Origin: Lingula anatina | Lineage: Eukaryota; Animalia; Brachiopoda | Reading direction: 5' to 3' | DNA: 64,000 nt | Assembly (NCBI GenBank): GCA_051362555.1 | Contig: CM120643.1 | Span: forward strand, 27,098,848-27,162,847 | Part shown: one piece after another, positions 1-13,400 of the stretch | Numbering within the stretch: position 1 is the first letter of the stretch | Layout of the letters: every line of letters starts with the position of its first letter | Translations under genes and position numbers: made by a program | Notes under the pieces: model-generated | The model's database searches: none | What the model was told of the DNA's origin: nothing | What the model saw: the letters and a program-made list of their open reading frames with translations, nothing else

Positions 1-1040
1 CATAACTATTGAATGAATTTTTTAGGAAGAAGTTGGTCCTTGCTTAACAAAAATGATGTTTTTAACTTTCTAAAGCAACATTTTCTTCAAATTTGGTCCG
101 TTACTGAGGTTAGGCTCTTAAATGCGACACCCCGACTTTTGTGAGTTAACATATTCTATGATGGAACACATCATTCAAAATTAACAAATAGCACTGTTTT
201 ATTAAACTTCATATATTAAGAGTTTGAAAAATGCACAGGAAGTCCATTTAAGAGAATTTTCTTTTATTCTTACACTGACTTAAAAAAGCGTTACGGAGGT
301 TAGGGGTTACTGAGCGACATTGATTAAACTATGACAGTGACGTAACTAACCAACAAATTCGACAGAGAACACCATGTATGATAAAAAGAAACATGAATTC
401 AAATTAGTTGAGGACTAAAAACACTAAAATACGGGAAAATATAAACTTTTCTTGTGGCAAATCAGCTATAATACCGAAGCGACACGTCGAAATCATGCTT
501 TTTGCGGCATATAGACCCCCGGGGTTCCCGTCAAAGCAAGTGGTACTATATTAATTGTTGTTTTTTAAGTAGAACACATCGGGTCCTGCTAGAAAAGGCT
601 AAAAAAAGCTAAATTACAGATGCTTTTACTACCGAAAATAAGCTGCGACAGGTATTATTCAGAATTGTACCCTTTTTCGTGGAATGGCTGTAAAAGGTGT
701 GTGAATAAAATGTTATATGTGTACCGTTCTATGTAGCCAATTTGCTTCCAAATATTTATTATAGTCTCTAAACTGATGAATTTTGTATACAAACGCTTTT
801 GTAGCATTATATATTTACCTGTAAAATCTAATCTATTAGTAACGAAACTGGGTTTGTATTTGCACATTGTAAAAACTTGTGCGGTGTTATGTCAGAGACT
901 CATAAAGATTATACTAACACTGTATTGACAGTTCTAAGAGAATACCACTATACCTGTAAATTGTTACACCCTTAGACCATATTGCCCCGTAGACACGCAA
1001 ACAGATTACAGAAAGCGCATTATTTAGAACAATAACTTAC

Positions 1041-2279
1041 CTGGGCGCCGAGTTTCCCTTTACGTAGGCGTGGTATATCTGTATGAGTGATGTTCCATAT
1101 GCCAATCAACGACTCCGCGAGATTCACGCTGTCCACGTGGTTTTGGACGTTTTTCCTGTATTGCCAGGCTAGGTCGTTATGCCTTGAAATGGAAATCTCT
1201 TTTCATCAGTTTTTTAAAGCCGTGTGAAAATAAATAAAATCTAGAAGACAAACTTCCTGACTTGAGCCCTCACCCCTAAAAATTAATAAAACATAACATG
1301 ACGATACCCACCATCAACCCCCCCCCCAAAAAAAAACAAAAAAAACAGATGAATTAAAAACACTTATATAAGTTATATGTAGATAAATACACAAGTTATA
1401 CATCAAATATAAAATAAGTTTCACATAAATAAAGTGAATGCCTAAAGAATATATTTATGAGAAAGACGTCTCTGTGTCTTTTATAACAAAATTGTACATA
1501 CTTAAGGTCTATTTAGCAATTCATTTCGACGAAAACGGTATTTTATAGAGCATTATTAATAAGGTGAAGATTTGTATAGAAGAACATTGACCCTTGTATT
1601 ACATGTCACTTAAACAACAGTAGCAAGTCAAGATTTAAGTAACAAATAGTCCAGCCACTGCGGAGGGACATTACCCTCTACGGCGCCACAGATTGATTTT
1701 TCACTAGATATTCACAGCTATGTCTCTGGTTAATTTCACGGTTATTCTCTGCACTGCAGCTCAGGAAAAATGTCCACATAATAATAACTGTGGTCCTGGT
1801 AGAGGGTAGAGGGAGACCCCCTCCTATCCTGCCTAGCATCGTTGTTTTCACCTCACAATGGGGGCTTCTAATCTAAATACAGGCTTGTTTTAACCCGGCA
1901 TTACTGGTTGTCATTCTTCTCGTATACGGAATGCGTACTGCTTGAGTGTTTTATGGGCCTTATAAAACTTTGGATAGCTGGTTTTATACTAAAATAATTT
2001 TGAAAATATAGAAAATACTGTTTTTTTTTTTTTTGTTTTCTTTCAGAGGTTCATATAATGAATAAATTGGACCTACCCGTCCACTAACGGTGTTTCTGAC
2101 AACACTTGGTCAGCCAAGCTCATCGCGGTTGTAACGTCAGAATTCCTATTGAGTGTCAGTGCGACTGGCACCGCTACTGCCACGCCCACCATCACAACCG
2201 TGATTGCGACGGTCACACCTATCACAATCCGCTTTCTGCTGGACATTGATGTGAAAGTAAAGTCATGAAACTTGTCCAT
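1041..2279 (-). CDS. Membrane dipeptidase (renal dipeptidase, peptidase M19 family), 5' coding exons; gene continues off the left edge
   Basis: Exons 2279-2077 and 1182-1041 join in phase (GG|G) at GT-AG sites. Product has an N-terminal signal-anchor (IVIGVTVAITVVMVGVAVAVPVAL), then PLVDGHNDLAW...HTDIPRLRKGKLGAQ, the M19 zinc-binding signature. Confidence 0.92.
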
Positions 2280-2855
2280 GGTGACGTATCCGAGCCTTTA
2301 TATGCGAGAGGTTTAATATTGACGTACCGGTACGCTGAAAAGATGACAGAGAAAAAAAAACTAGATTTGTATTTTTATTATTCCGAGTTGTGATCAGTTC
2401 AAAGCGATCATTTTGTAGAAAAACGTTTAGACAAATATTTCTTTTTTTCAATATATCAGCATTTCAACAGGTCAAAATGGAATAACATCTACACATATCG
2501 CCACGCTATTTGTTTGCTGTGACTTAAAAGAAATCCAAGTTGCTAGGTCTCCCACTCATGCCCGGTGTGTTCGGACAGTCACAAAGAACATGTTCCACAG
2601 TCTGTACGTTCCCACATGTGCGCTTACAATTTACAGAGGGAACCTTGGGCCAGTGACCTTTACCACCATAAGGCCATTAGCCGACAATCAAAATTTTGCA
2701 GCTATAATTCCTTAATGCCTTTTAACGTCAGGTGATGTGTACGTGTATATGTCCATAAATAAGTCACTTAAGTTAAACATGGTATTAGTTGCTGTATATA
2801 CCTATATATACTTCTTTTTGTCCATTTTGTCAAGCCTTTCTATGTGCGTACCTTT

Positions 2856-3052
2856 CAGGCCCGTAGCAAGCAATTTCAAAAGGGGGGTTCTTTTTCTGAA
2901 AAAATGGACATTTTCCCATAAAAACTTCATGTACCTAGATCAAATTTTACCCAGAGTGGACCTTTTCCCAGCAAAAGGGGAGGTTCTTTCGAACACCCCG
3001 AATCCCCCCCCCCCCCCCCCGGCTACCCCCCCTCCCCCCGGCGACGGGCCTG
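2856..3052 (+). mobile_element. MITE family B copy 1 (CAGGCCCGT termini, 5-bp TSD)
   Basis: Starts CAGGCCCGTAGC, ends GCGACGGGCCTG, flanked by CCTTT on both sides. The same core recurs at 23148 and 25274. Confidence 0.85.
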
Positions 3053-3699
3053 CCTTTGTTAGTTTGCACATAGCTATTTGTACTATCGATATCTCCTTGA
3101 TGTAAATCTACAAAGTGCTTGAAAGCTCAAGAGTTTCTGTATTGATATAAATTGCACGCTACGCGTAAACTGACAGATACCCTACTTTTATTAAGCACAG
3201 AGGTGAGGAATTTCCGCCGCATGTCCTTCATACGACCGATGATGATCTCTACACTGCTCAGCCCAAGTTCTAGAGACACAAATCATTTGACGTGATTCCA
3301 CTGATATACATGTATAGAGAATAATTGGTCTATAGGCAACATGTACGGGTGCCGTTATCCACTCAATCCTTGGCAAAGGTGCGATTCTCTTTTTGTCCAC
3401 ATACACGACATTTTTTTTTTCATTTACGTGACTTTTCGGATGTCATAGCTTCGGCTGTTATTTCGCCGTCTTGACTCGAAACTTACCCTAAATATACACA
3501 TATAGCTTACAGTCCATAACTGTTAAACTCGGCAATGTCATAAAGATCAACTGATTCATAATACTGTAACGATTTTACAAAGCCTTTAATTCATGGTAAA
3601 ATTACTGTAGTAAGCTATAGCCTTAAAGTCAGCTACACCAGCTTGAAAACAAGTTTGACAAGAAGCTAGATGAAATTAAAGAGTTGATAAGGAAAGAGA

Positions 3700-4490
3700 A
3701 AGCAAAGGACATGAAAAGTCCACCACGTACCTAAGTCAGAAAATTGGAAAAACAACGAAGAGTGTTTCAAGTTCCATAAATATGGGCATCTGGCAAGAGA
3801 ATGCAAGGCACCTTTGAAAGAGGCTCAGCACATAAACAACCAGGAAAACTGAGAAGGGGCATTCCAGCCGGCCAGAATGAACCCCTGTTGACAGTGACAT
3901 GGAAACCGTCAGTTGTAGAAATGCTTGGCTCTACAATAATAAAGTTCACTTCTTGGCCAGTGCCAATTCAGGACCAAGAAGTGGACTTTATTATTGTAGA
4001 CACTGGTGCGTCAAAAGCAATTCTATCTTCCCGCATTTATCAACAAATTCCTCATGATTTTAGACCTGAACTGAAAAAGACTAATAGAAAATTGCAGTTG
4101 CAGGTTGCAGACAGTAGAAACATTGAAATTGAAGGGCATGTAGAAATAAAATTTCAATCTGGTGAAGAAGTGTTTATTTGGGACATGCTTGTAGCAAAAA
4201 TAAAGGACGATGGTTTGATAGGAATGGACTTCATGTGACATCATGATTTTCACTGGGTGTGAACGGACTGAAACTTAACGGGAAGAGAGTGCCTTGTTTG
4301 GCTTAGAGGGAACCAAAGCATGCCTTCAGAGTGACAGTGACTAATGGCGTTATTATTCCAGCAAACAGTGAGCTTGCCATAGAAGGGACAGTTGATTCTA
4401 GCCGAATAAAATCAGGATTCGGACTGGTAGAGGCAATTCCAGAGAGGTCAAGTGATTTTCTGATCGGACATGTGCTAGAATTATCCTTAG
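3700..4490 (+). pseudogene. Degenerate Ty3/Gypsy gag-protease remnant
   Basis: Retropepsin motif FIIVDTGASKAILS...LIGMDF in ORF 3801-4238. Decayed zinc-knuckle-like sequence upstream, frameshifts and stops, no LTRs found. Confidence 0.75.
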
Positions 4491-6480
4491 AAATTAACAT
4501 TACAAAACAGAACCCCGTTTTGTTGGTGGCAGCGATTTCGTTCTTTTAAAATAACAATAATCGTACAATACGCGTAAAAAAGTTTGGCTGACAATAACGT
4601 TCTTTACATGAGAGCTTCTAGCTCATTCACATCAATATTTAATTAGTCAGCCTATTAGAAAGAACAATAAGCGATCAGTTACTTCATTAAATTAAAGCGA
4701 TTGTTTGAGTGGGGGTGAAAATCCGCGTTTGAGTGTGAGAGAGAATCCGCTGACTACGGTACTAAATCACATTTTTCAAGGGAAAAATTTTGTGACTTTA
4801 ACAGATACTGTATTTTTAAGTCAGTATTTCGTAAAATCAGAACGTAACTATTGAGTGGTAGCCACGAAACTGAAAAGCATGCTATTCAATAGGTCTTTCC
4901 TAAACAGTAAAGGCACTACAAATTTTATATAGAAATGTAATTTTGAGGTCGGAAAATTATGTATCTAAAAGTATTGTATATGTTTTGCCAATTGAAAAGC
5001 CAATATGCGTTCATGAATACTACATGTAGTAAAAACATTGTTCGCCGAAGGCTTCTCTCTGGAAATGTTACCGAAATCTCTCCTTGCGTGAGAGTTCCAA
5101 AAAACTTCAACCAGGTTAATTAAAGGTACCCGTTACGGGATTCACCAGCCAAAATGAATTTTTGGGAAAAACGCACCTACCTCTTTTTCTTACTATTTTG
5201 CCTCGTTTTCTACTATCAGCAGGGCCCTATCAGTTGTTTTTCTACAAAGACAACTCTTCAAAGAGGTGGAATATTTACTTAAACGGGGAAGTTTATTGCC
5301 AGTAAGGCTTTCTTATCACTCCGTATTTAGGCTATTGATTCATGCCACTGCATAGCGACGCCTTAGAACAGGGCGGCGTGTCTTTGCATAATCATGTTGG
5401 GTCATTTGACCCACAGTCATTAAACTCTTGCGTAACATTTAATGAACATTGAATTCTGTGATTTCTTTTGCATTTCATAGCTGTTAGATGCGATGGGATC
5501 AGATTATCCAGCGAAAACTTTGAAGAAACCATTTTTATATTTATCTCCCTAGGCTGTATTAAAGATAAGGGTGGGGCATACGGACACCGAGACTCCATTG
5601 CCGACAGACTGACTTAAACTGGAGTCTAAATTCTCTCTCTCTTCATTACGTTTTTCTTATATTGCCCATCCTATAGGCCTACATGTGTTATATTTTCTGT
5701 CTAAATGTACCAATAACCAAACATTAATGCTAAGTAAAGTATGTAATAATGACACGTCCCTACTAGTACTTACCTCCCGTAGGCTGGACAAAGCAATGTG
5801 GTTCAGATTTAAAAACTCCCCCTTTATCAGCACAAACCCCACATGTACACTACGCTAGCGCCATCTGTGTCAAATTGAGGCACTTCATTCCGCTGGGAAT
5901 GCTGCTTGCACCCTGCGTGTCAGACTGTTGGAAGCTAGCGTTCATAAACAGCTTGGACTCAGTGGCGGATTTAAGGGGGTAGGCCTATTACCAAACGGCA
6001 CCGTTCGCCCTCATGGGTGGTCGATAACCGTGTCCCGAGATGATGAACCTAAACGATACATTCACAACTTTTCTGTCGTTTTCAGTTCCCATCTCCTTAA
6101 TTGTTCATTGTACGGGAAAAACTGCCTTCGGTGATCTGTCTTATCGTTTTCAGTACATGTAACACCTTGAGTTTCAGAGTTTGATTCAGAATAACCTTTA
6201 TAACGTTGGCAGAATAGGGAATCTTTTTCAAGCTCCTTAATATCAAATACGAATAATTTTTTTTTTTTTTTACGAATACCCCCGCACATTGTTAATCGAA
6301 TGTCGTTATTTATTATCAAGCAATTTTTAATTTAATCACGGTTTTTGATTTGATGTATAGGCTATTTAGCCACTGTATATGGTCAAAATGTGCAATAATG
6401 GAAATGTGAAGAAATTAAGAAAAAATTGATTAATTTATTATTTAATGTGGTATTTATTCTTTAATATATAGGCCTATATA

Positions 6481-6656
6481 CTGGGGTAGCGCTAGCAATT
6501 TTTTTTGCTTAGCCAAATCACGACATTTTCTCAATTTCTTATCACAATGGTTATAATTTGGCTAAAACAGGTCAAATCAAGCCCTTTTTCTTTAGCCAAT
6601 TTAAGTCAGTTTTAGCATTTGGCTAAATTGGCCAGTGTAAGCGCGCGCTACCCCAG
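6481..6656. mobile_element. MITE (TIR CTGGGGTAGCGC, 5-bp TSD ATATA)
   Basis: CTGGGGTAGCGC...GCGCTACCCCAG with internal TTAGCCAA/TTGGCTAA repeats; ATATA on both flanks. Confidence 0.75.
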
Positions 6657-7087
6657 ATATATTTATTAATAAATTCATTTTCTTGTTTTGCTGAGGAATT
6701 TGTTTTTACTGGTAGGCCTATTTATTCTTTTCGTTGTTTCATTCTTTGCATATATTTTTTCGCTTTTTCTCAATTTTTATTTATCAGTTTTATTAATGAG
6801 CTAGTAGGCCTATTATAGGTACATGTATTTGTCATCTTTTAAAAACTGTAAACAAGAACAAATTTGTTTTTTAAATGTACATTAGGCCTATATAAACTGA
6901 GACGATCGATTTAATGCGTTTGTGATCGTTGCATTTCCTATTCATCGTTTTTCGCAATACCTATCACCAAGGTAAGGTTTCCTTACTACTGCTTGACACC
7001 AAAACTTTTTATCTAAATAGGCCCTACAGGGGCGGGGCGGGTCCAGGATTATTTGAAGGGGAGGGGGTGGGACAGATGCGAAGCTGA

Positions 7088-7126
<39 letters not shown>

Positions 7127-7479
7127 GCGTGGGGTTCGGGGCCTCGAAAAAATTTGGTATTTTAGAGGGCGAACGGTGCCATTTGGTAGGCTATGTAGGC
7201 CTACGGTTCAGAACTATGATTCTGCTAGTCAAAATTCTAATTTCAGAAGAGGGGAGGGGACCAGAAATCGAAGGGGGGGGGGGGGTAGGACCCCCCTGAC
7301 CCCTCCTCTAAATCCGCCACTGTGAATGAGAGACATGGAACAGCAGTGACACGAAGTCTAATATAAATGAAAACACGAAACTCTTTCACACGAAACTCCT
7401 GTAGACATATAAATGAGCATTTGTCGCTGGCCACTCGACGCACTTGTTATATTTGCTGCGGAGCAATCCCAAAACGGGC

Positions 7480-10400
7480 ATGGCGGAGGCGTCTGCGGAA
7501 ACAGGGTCGACAGAGAGTATAACGTATCTTAAAAGCATTTTAACCATTTTTGAAAAAAGTAAAGATTATGATTTAATAAAGCAGTATTTGGAAGACTGTA
7601 TAGGCTCAAACCAGCCTTCTGAGGATGAGAAGAAACGATCTGCGGACAGGTAATACATGTATGATATTCTGACAAACCCATTGGATTTGTATTGGTTGTT
7701 GTTGTGCAATGCCTAGTGAACAAGTGCCCGGTATAACCGCTCATACCGATGGGAATTTATGTGCAATATTAAATATGGGAATTTATAAAAAATAAATATA
7801 AATTAATTGAAAATATGTATTTGTTGCTGTTGTCGTTGTCGGGGGGGGGGGGGGGGGGGGGGGGGTACTTAATGCAGCTCTCCTTTTTTGTGCATTTACG
7901 AAGGGTAGAATAACTCCAGACATTATAATGTATATTAATGTGTCTATGAACATTTTTACAGCTGTTATACAGTTAAAGACTGTACTGGTACTTTCCTTGT
8001 ACAGTTCACTACCTTTGTTATAATAAACATATGAGGTCATGCTTGTATGTGCATTGTACATTTGCAAATTGTAAACATACCAGTATATGCAGACCATAAA
8101 TGTACATACACATGCAGTCAACATCTGTACCTGTGTATATTTGTAGTTGGCTATACTGGGCCGGACAACAGACCATGGTGAAGGTTGTGTCAGCTGATAT
8201 ACCTGAAGGTATTCTACCACAGGGCCTCACAGGCAGAATACTGGATGCCAAGGTCTTTGCTAAAGGACGTCCAGATGACCCAATTTATGACAACCACCCA
8301 GAGATCAGGGCAAAGGTGACAGTATCTACACTTAGATATATTGTGATAATTTTCCATATTTATAAAACAAGAGTCATGTGAAGTCAAATATTGAAAAAGA
8401 GAGACGGAGAGAGAAGGATGAAGCAAACATGACTGATGGTTCGAAAGCATTGACCGAAAAAATTTTTAAAAGAATAATAAAATAAATAAAAAATTAATAG
8501 AAAAAAAACTTTAAAAAACTGCCTTGCAGGGTATAAGCAATGTCCCATTCTGTTACTGCATTAGTTGGAGGCATCTGCTCCAATGTATCTATGTATCAAA
8601 TATTCCAGGTTGCAAGAGGCAATTGTTTTCTTGAGATAGAAAATGGAGCTGATAAAAGTGCCACCTGCTGGATTTACGCCCTGAAGAAGTTTACAGGAGG
8701 CTTGGGAGACGATGACGACACAGACAGGGAAGATGATGTGACGTGGAGGAGGTATTTCTTAAAGGTATTCTGTTTTTTTTTTTTTTTTTTTTAATTTATA
8801 GACTTTCAGGATGTGGGTTTAATTTTGGTTAATCTATCAGTGCATTAACCTGTCAATAAACCAATCGGTTAATCAGCTAGTCAATTAGGATTGTGTCATT
8901 TATGCATTTTTTCAAGTCTTTATTTCATGAACTTTATGAAATAAAGTAGCTTTCTTGAGTTTGGGGATTTAATTTTTGAAGCCCCTCAGCTGAATGTCAG
9001 TTTATTAATTCATAAATGAATGGTTAGATAAAATTTTCAAGCCCTTTACAACATGAAGATATTTTATATTCTGCTTATTGGACATCATATATACCATCAC
9101 TCTCCAGCCTGAGACCACAGCACTAGTGCAGGGATGTAGATGACCCTCCTCTCTTTGAATATGTATTTCTGATTATAGCATAGCAATCAACTGATCAATC
9201 AGTCAATGAATTACTGAGGTAATGTTTTGTTTTATAATTGATTGATTGATTGATAAGTTGAATAATTAAGAAACCAATTGGTTAGTAAAATAATTTAGAA
9301 ATCAATTGGTTAGTAAGAAAATGCTGAAGTTTGGATTTTTGTATCAGTATATCTGCATATAGATATTTTGATCTTCAGCCTCTGTACGTGTATATGTGTT
9401 TGATCTTCTCTTGTTGATCTTCATCCTCTGTACATATATATGCGTGTAGATCTCCTGTTGATCTTCATCCTCTGTACATGTTTGTATGTATGTGTGTGTA
9501 GATCTTCTCTTGTTGATCTTCAGCCTCTGTACATGTATATTTGTGTGTAGATCTCCAGTTGTTGATCTTCAGCCTTTGGAGGAAGCCAAGTGGGTGGTTT
9601 GTACGAGAAAGGCCAATGGAGAGGCAGGTCACTTCAGTTGTAGAAAACTGGCCGGACACTACATGTTATGTGCAGGGTCAAAGAATGTCCACATGGTTTT
9701 TAGGACAAGAGGTAAGACTTTTTTCAGGGGAGATTTAGGAAAGGTCAAAATACCTACCAATGTAAATACATGCAACATATCCGTAAACAGTTGAGGAATT
9801 GTGGAATAATTTTGACATTTGTTATGGAACTTCACTGCAACTCATATACCTCATCAAACTATTTTACTAATTATAACCTCTTTATTTGATGAATTGCCAC
9901 TTTATCTTTATATCCATTACTAAAGTGATAATTTATTGATATATTTGTAGATGATATTAATAAATACCAAGATGGCAGGTTTCTGGTGGCGAAGGAAGTG
10001 TCTCTGGCAGTCATGACGCTACTGGAAGAGATGACAGAGGAAGAAAAAATCAGGTATAAATTGGAAAATAGTGCTCTCGGTATGTGGAATAAGGTGTCAG
10101 AGAGTACCCCAAGTTTACTGGAAAATATCGTCACAATGTTGTCATCATGTCTATAGCATTTGTACTGAAAGTTAACTTACCAAAGTTTCCTGTAGAAGTC
10201 TTTAGGACTGTATGGGACTCAAAAGGAATCTTATAGGACTATCAGATGTTCTACAGGACTCTTTGGGACTCAAGAAGAATTTTATAGGACTATCAGATGA
10301 CATGTAGATGTCATATAGGACTCTATAGGACTCAAGAGGAATCTTATAGGACTATCGGGTGTCCTATAGGATTTTACTCTAGGACTTACCAGTATGCCCT

Positions 10401-13400
10401 ATAGGATATTAGAGGGAAGTTCTGTAAGGGTTACTAGTTGATAGTAAACTGACATTTGGAATGCTTAAAATCTGTTCAGACTTGGCATTTTTCATGCTTC
10501 TGTTCTCATATTTCTCTCGGGCAATTTATTATAATGCTGAACTAAACAGAGTTCATTCCCAGTGAGCTTAAGGTGGCAGGAACAGGGGTAGCAGTGTTGT
10601 TGTCTAGGTAGGGTTGAGGATGGAGTACTGTAATTGATTTCAACATGTTTACAGTGACCACCAAGAAAAATAGAATGTTGGTTTGAGTGATGAATCTTTT
10701 TTTTTTTTTTTCTTGCACTGCTAGGCTGCTGGACTTCCTATGTTTCACGGAGTTCACAGTGGTCTTTGAGATCCTTCAGCCCTCACGCCAACATGTGGAA
10801 GACCTGTCTTACTTAAAAAGGTAAATATGCATTGTTTATTCATGTATATGATCTTTTTTTTTCTGTTACAGTATTAAGAATTATTACATGAAATATGTTG
10901 TCAAGTGGATTTGTGAGGAAAAACAACAGCGCTTAGAACGCTTCCAAAATTATTTATTCTATATTCATACAATACTACATCTCATGTAAACCTACTGTCA
11001 CAGGTGCATGTTGTGAACTAATAACTCTCGGTATTTCAGAGGTAAATCTTTTATCCTTGCGTAATCGTGTTTCCCCGATACGTCCTTGAACTGTCCCGGT
11101 CCTAGGTCTGAATTACAATCCACTTCATTATGATAACAAATAAGTGCATAAAGGGTCCTAAAGCAAAGTGGTGTCATTGAACAATACTGCCAGGAAAGAC
11201 AACAGCGCCTAAAACTCCTCCACAATCATCCGAAACAGCCATGCCGCATGGCCCCGATTTTTCTTCTCCCCCCTTTTTGTGATCTCCCAACCCAGGAGAG
11301 CTTAATTCTCTGACAACTACCCCCTACTAAGAAAAACATTTACTGTTTTTCAATTAATAAATGGTTAAGGTTACAAACTCGGTAATAACCCTTTTACAAC
11401 TCTATATAAAACGTCAACATGTTCATCTACACAACCAACACATTAATTAGTCTGACGACAACCTCTTAACTGTGTAACACTTAAAAAAAAATCTTAACCA
11501 ATAACAGTAAACAGCTTAACTACTTAACTACTTTAGTTTAACATGAACTCTTACTCTATAATAAACTTAATAACTACAATGGAACTCTTGAAACAACTTG
11601 ACCACTTCTTCACTTACAAATGTGAAACTTTATATAACATCTAGCACAAACATCATATTTAACACAACCTACTGAGGTAATCTGCACCCACATTATCTGA
11701 TCCCTTAATGGCTTCAACTCTGAACCTATAACTCTGCAAATAAAGTGCCCATCTCATCAATCGACCATTTTCTGTCTTTGACTTCTGGAGGTAGGTTAAC
11801 GGTTCATGATCAGTTTGCACTGTGAACTCCTTCCCATACAAGTAATTTTGGAATTTTTTCACACCAAACACTACAGCAAGACACTCTCGTTCTATCACAG
11901 AGTAATTTTTTTCTCTTGGCAACAACTTTTTACTGGCATAAGCAACAGGGAATAACTCGTCATCATACTTCTGCAATAGCACAGCCCCTACCCCTACATC
12001 CGATGCATCTGTTCGGAGTATGAAAGAGCGACTGAAGTCTGGCATTCGCAGTATTGGGGCAGAAATTAACAATTTCCTAAGTGTTTGAAAGGCACATTCT
12101 TGTGGCTCTTCCCATCGTACGACAGTTGGTTCCCCCTTCTTGGTCAAATCGGTCAGTGGGGCCGATAATTCACTGAAATTGGGAATGAACTTCCTGTAAT
12201 ATCCTGCCAGTCCTATAAACGACCTAACTTGTTTCTTCGTCTGTGGTCGTGGTGCATTCCTTAATCTGTCTACCTTTTCAGTTTCCATGGCAACCTTGCC
12301 CTCACCAATTTGATGACCAACAAAATTCACAGTCTGGTATCCTAGCCAACACTTGCTAGGTCTAATTGTGAGCCCTGCATCACGCACACGCTGAAATAAC
12401 TCTCTCAGAGTCTTTAAATGTTCTGCCCACGTAGTTGTGTGACACAGCACGTCATCCACATAGTGATCAAGGTTCTGGGCACCATTTAGCAGCTTTCTCA
12501 TCATTTTGTTGAAAGTGGCACCTGAATTCACCATACCAAATGGCATCCTTTTAAACTGATAATTTCCATCTGAGGTTGAAAATGATGTCAATGGTTTACT
12601 TTCTTCGCTCATCGGAATCTGCCAGTACCCCTTGCTTAGGTCAACTTTACTATAGTACACATCATCGCTCAATCGTGCTATGATATCTTCTGCGTTGCCC
12701 ATTGGTTCTGTGTCAAAGCAAGTCACTGCATTGAGTCGACGGAAGTCAACACAAAACCTGGATGATCCATCCTTCTTGCGCACTATCACTATGGGTGAGT
12801 TATATGGGGAATTAGACGGTTCTATTATATCATTGTCCAACATTGTTTTCACTTCATCATGCACAATTGTTCTGGTTGCATATGGCAGACTGTACTGTTT
12901 CACTCGAATGGGTTCCTTCGATACTAGTGTCACACTGTGTTCTTCTAGACTCGTACTTCCAGGCTTCTCTGTGAATATGCTTTGGTATTCCTCAACTAAC
13001 TTCCTCAAATCCGACTTCTTGTCCTCGGAAAGTTCTTCATTGATCTTAACATCATGGTAACTTTCAGGTTTGCTCTGCCATTCTAATTCAAGCAAATTTT
13101 CATCGTCAATTACCCCTTCATCATGTAAGTCTGGTTCGATTACTGCCATATTCACTTGTTCCATTTCTTGGATAGGGGTGTCTCGTTCCAAGTATTTCTT
13201 CAGGAGGTTTACATGGTACGTCTTCATTTTACCATTAACAGAGACACGGCAATCCCATTTGTTAACAACTTCAGCAACTTCGAATGGACCCTTCCACTGT
13301 AATGTCAACTTGTTATGGTCCGTGGGTAGGAGTAGCAACACCTTTTCGCCTTTTTTAAAGGTGCGATCTCTTGCCTTCTTATCATAGTGATGCTTGCTAA

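Noticed and set aside
2737-3105. Shared peptide RPVAS..KRGVLFLKKWTFSHK in three ORFs (2737, 23053, 25237)
   Set aside because: Translation of MITE family B, not a protein family.
5960-7322. CAGTGGCGGATTTA ... TAAATCCGCCACTG as TIRs of one 1.36-kb element
   Set aside because: Flanks GGACT/TGAAT do not form a TSD; may be ends of separate MITE fragments.
10998-11225. Identical 75-aa ORFs at 10998-11225 and 16885-17112
   Set aside because: Both lie inside the LTRs; identity reflects the repeat and there is no protein signature.
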